Of a stretch of 64,000 nt of DNA, positions 63,585 through 64,000 are shown piece after piece (position 1 is the first letter of the stretch; each line of letters starts with the position of its first letter). The stretch comes from Patescibacteria group bacterium. Lineage in GTDB: Bacteria > Patescibacteriota > Patescibacteriia > Patescibacteriales > UBA12075. The notes under the pieces were generated by a model. That model was not told where the DNA came from. It searched no databases and worked only from the letters and a program-made list of their open reading frames with translations. The position numbers and the translations under genes are program-made. The stretch covers positions 92,565 to 156,564 of the forward strand of contig JAHILH010000001.1 in NCBI GenBank assembly GCA_018897195.1. The letters run 5' to 3'.

Positions 63585-63986
63585 TTATTTTTTTAATTTC
63601 TTGTTGAAATTAGTGCGGAAGCCGTCGCGCACGGAGGCATATTGATCAACCGACATTGACTCAAACTCTCGATAGGCTCTTTTCTGTGTAGGATCATTAA
63701 TTGCTTCAATCGTAGCAATAATAATATTTGCAGGAAAACCTATGTATGTTTGTGGATTGAGAAATGTATCCGCAATCGCGCCAACCGTATTTCTGAGATT
63801 TGTCGGCCCGAAGATTGGCCAGGTAATAGCTGGCCCTTCGGGTATTCCATTTTTAGCCAAACCCTGTGACACGTTTTCATCGTCGAATTTGTCATCTGGG
63901 GTATAAATATCTACCGTACACAAAGTGACCAAGTTAAATATTGACCAGAAATCAACGATAGCCTTTTCCACCTTCAATTGCATCAA
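63585..63986 (-). CDS. hypothetical protein, possibly 5'-truncated by the window edge
   Basis: TTG 63986 / ATG 63983 are possible starts, but the frame stays open to base 64000. Confidence 0.4.
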   Translation of the reverse strand: MMQLKVEKAIVDFWSIFNLVTLCTVDIYTPDDKFDDENVSQGLAKNGIPEGPAITWPIFGPTNLRNTVGAIADTFLNPQTYIGFPANIIIATIEAINDPTQKRAYREFESMSVDQYASVRDGFRTNFNKKLKK

Positions 63987-64000
63987 GTCACCAACAACGC

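Noticed and set aside
1-64000. Alternative genetic code (UGA recoding, as in some CPR lineages)
   Set aside because: Long conserved genes are intact under the standard code. TGA is used as a genuine stop (for example ORF 33541 and the ComEC-like gene), and no in-frame TGA interrupts a recognisable protein.

Overview
AT-rich, gene-dense bacterial chromosome segment of about 70 genes, almost all on the + strand. It carries a fragmentary dcw cluster (mraZ-rsmH-ftsL-ftsI-murF), mreBCD-PBP2, an Rrf2-IscU-Nfu-cysteine desulfurase Fe-S cluster and hrcA-grpE-hsp20-dnaK-dnaJ under a perfect CIRCE. It also carries a GldA/F/G-type ABC system, rsmI, metG, glyQS, and many secreted or membrane orphan genes. 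Several proteins are truncated (118-aa TsaB, 237-aa HrcA, MBL-only ComEC) and most starts lack a Shine-Dalgarno (SD) sequence. I infer a reduced-genome CPR/Patescibacteria-like organism, but there is no rRNA in the window to confirm this. No CRISPR array, transposase, integrase or recognisable defence system is visible. The main observations are: (1) five copies of a 156-193 bp MITE-like element, each terminus a self-folding hairpin kept intact by compensatory changes, inserted 4-9 nt after stop codons at housekeeping gene junctions; (2) an 11-kb block (28.5-39.8 kb) encoding lysA / DapL-like aminotransferase / plant-type dapB and single-chain purL / long purM. Its genes have strong SD sequences while nearly all other genes have none, suggesting foreign origin or an assembly chimera; (3) a very compact glycine T-box upstream of glyQS with the GGC specifier in a terminal hairpin loop; (4) a 470-nt mraZ leader with 10-bp-phased GGTGA boxes and a tandemly duplicated structured motif; (5) a GC-rich 370-bp spacer in the Fe-S operon that looks like an antisense-oriented non-coding transcription unit. 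All functional calls come from motifs read in the translated ORFs and from memory of the families. No database search was run.
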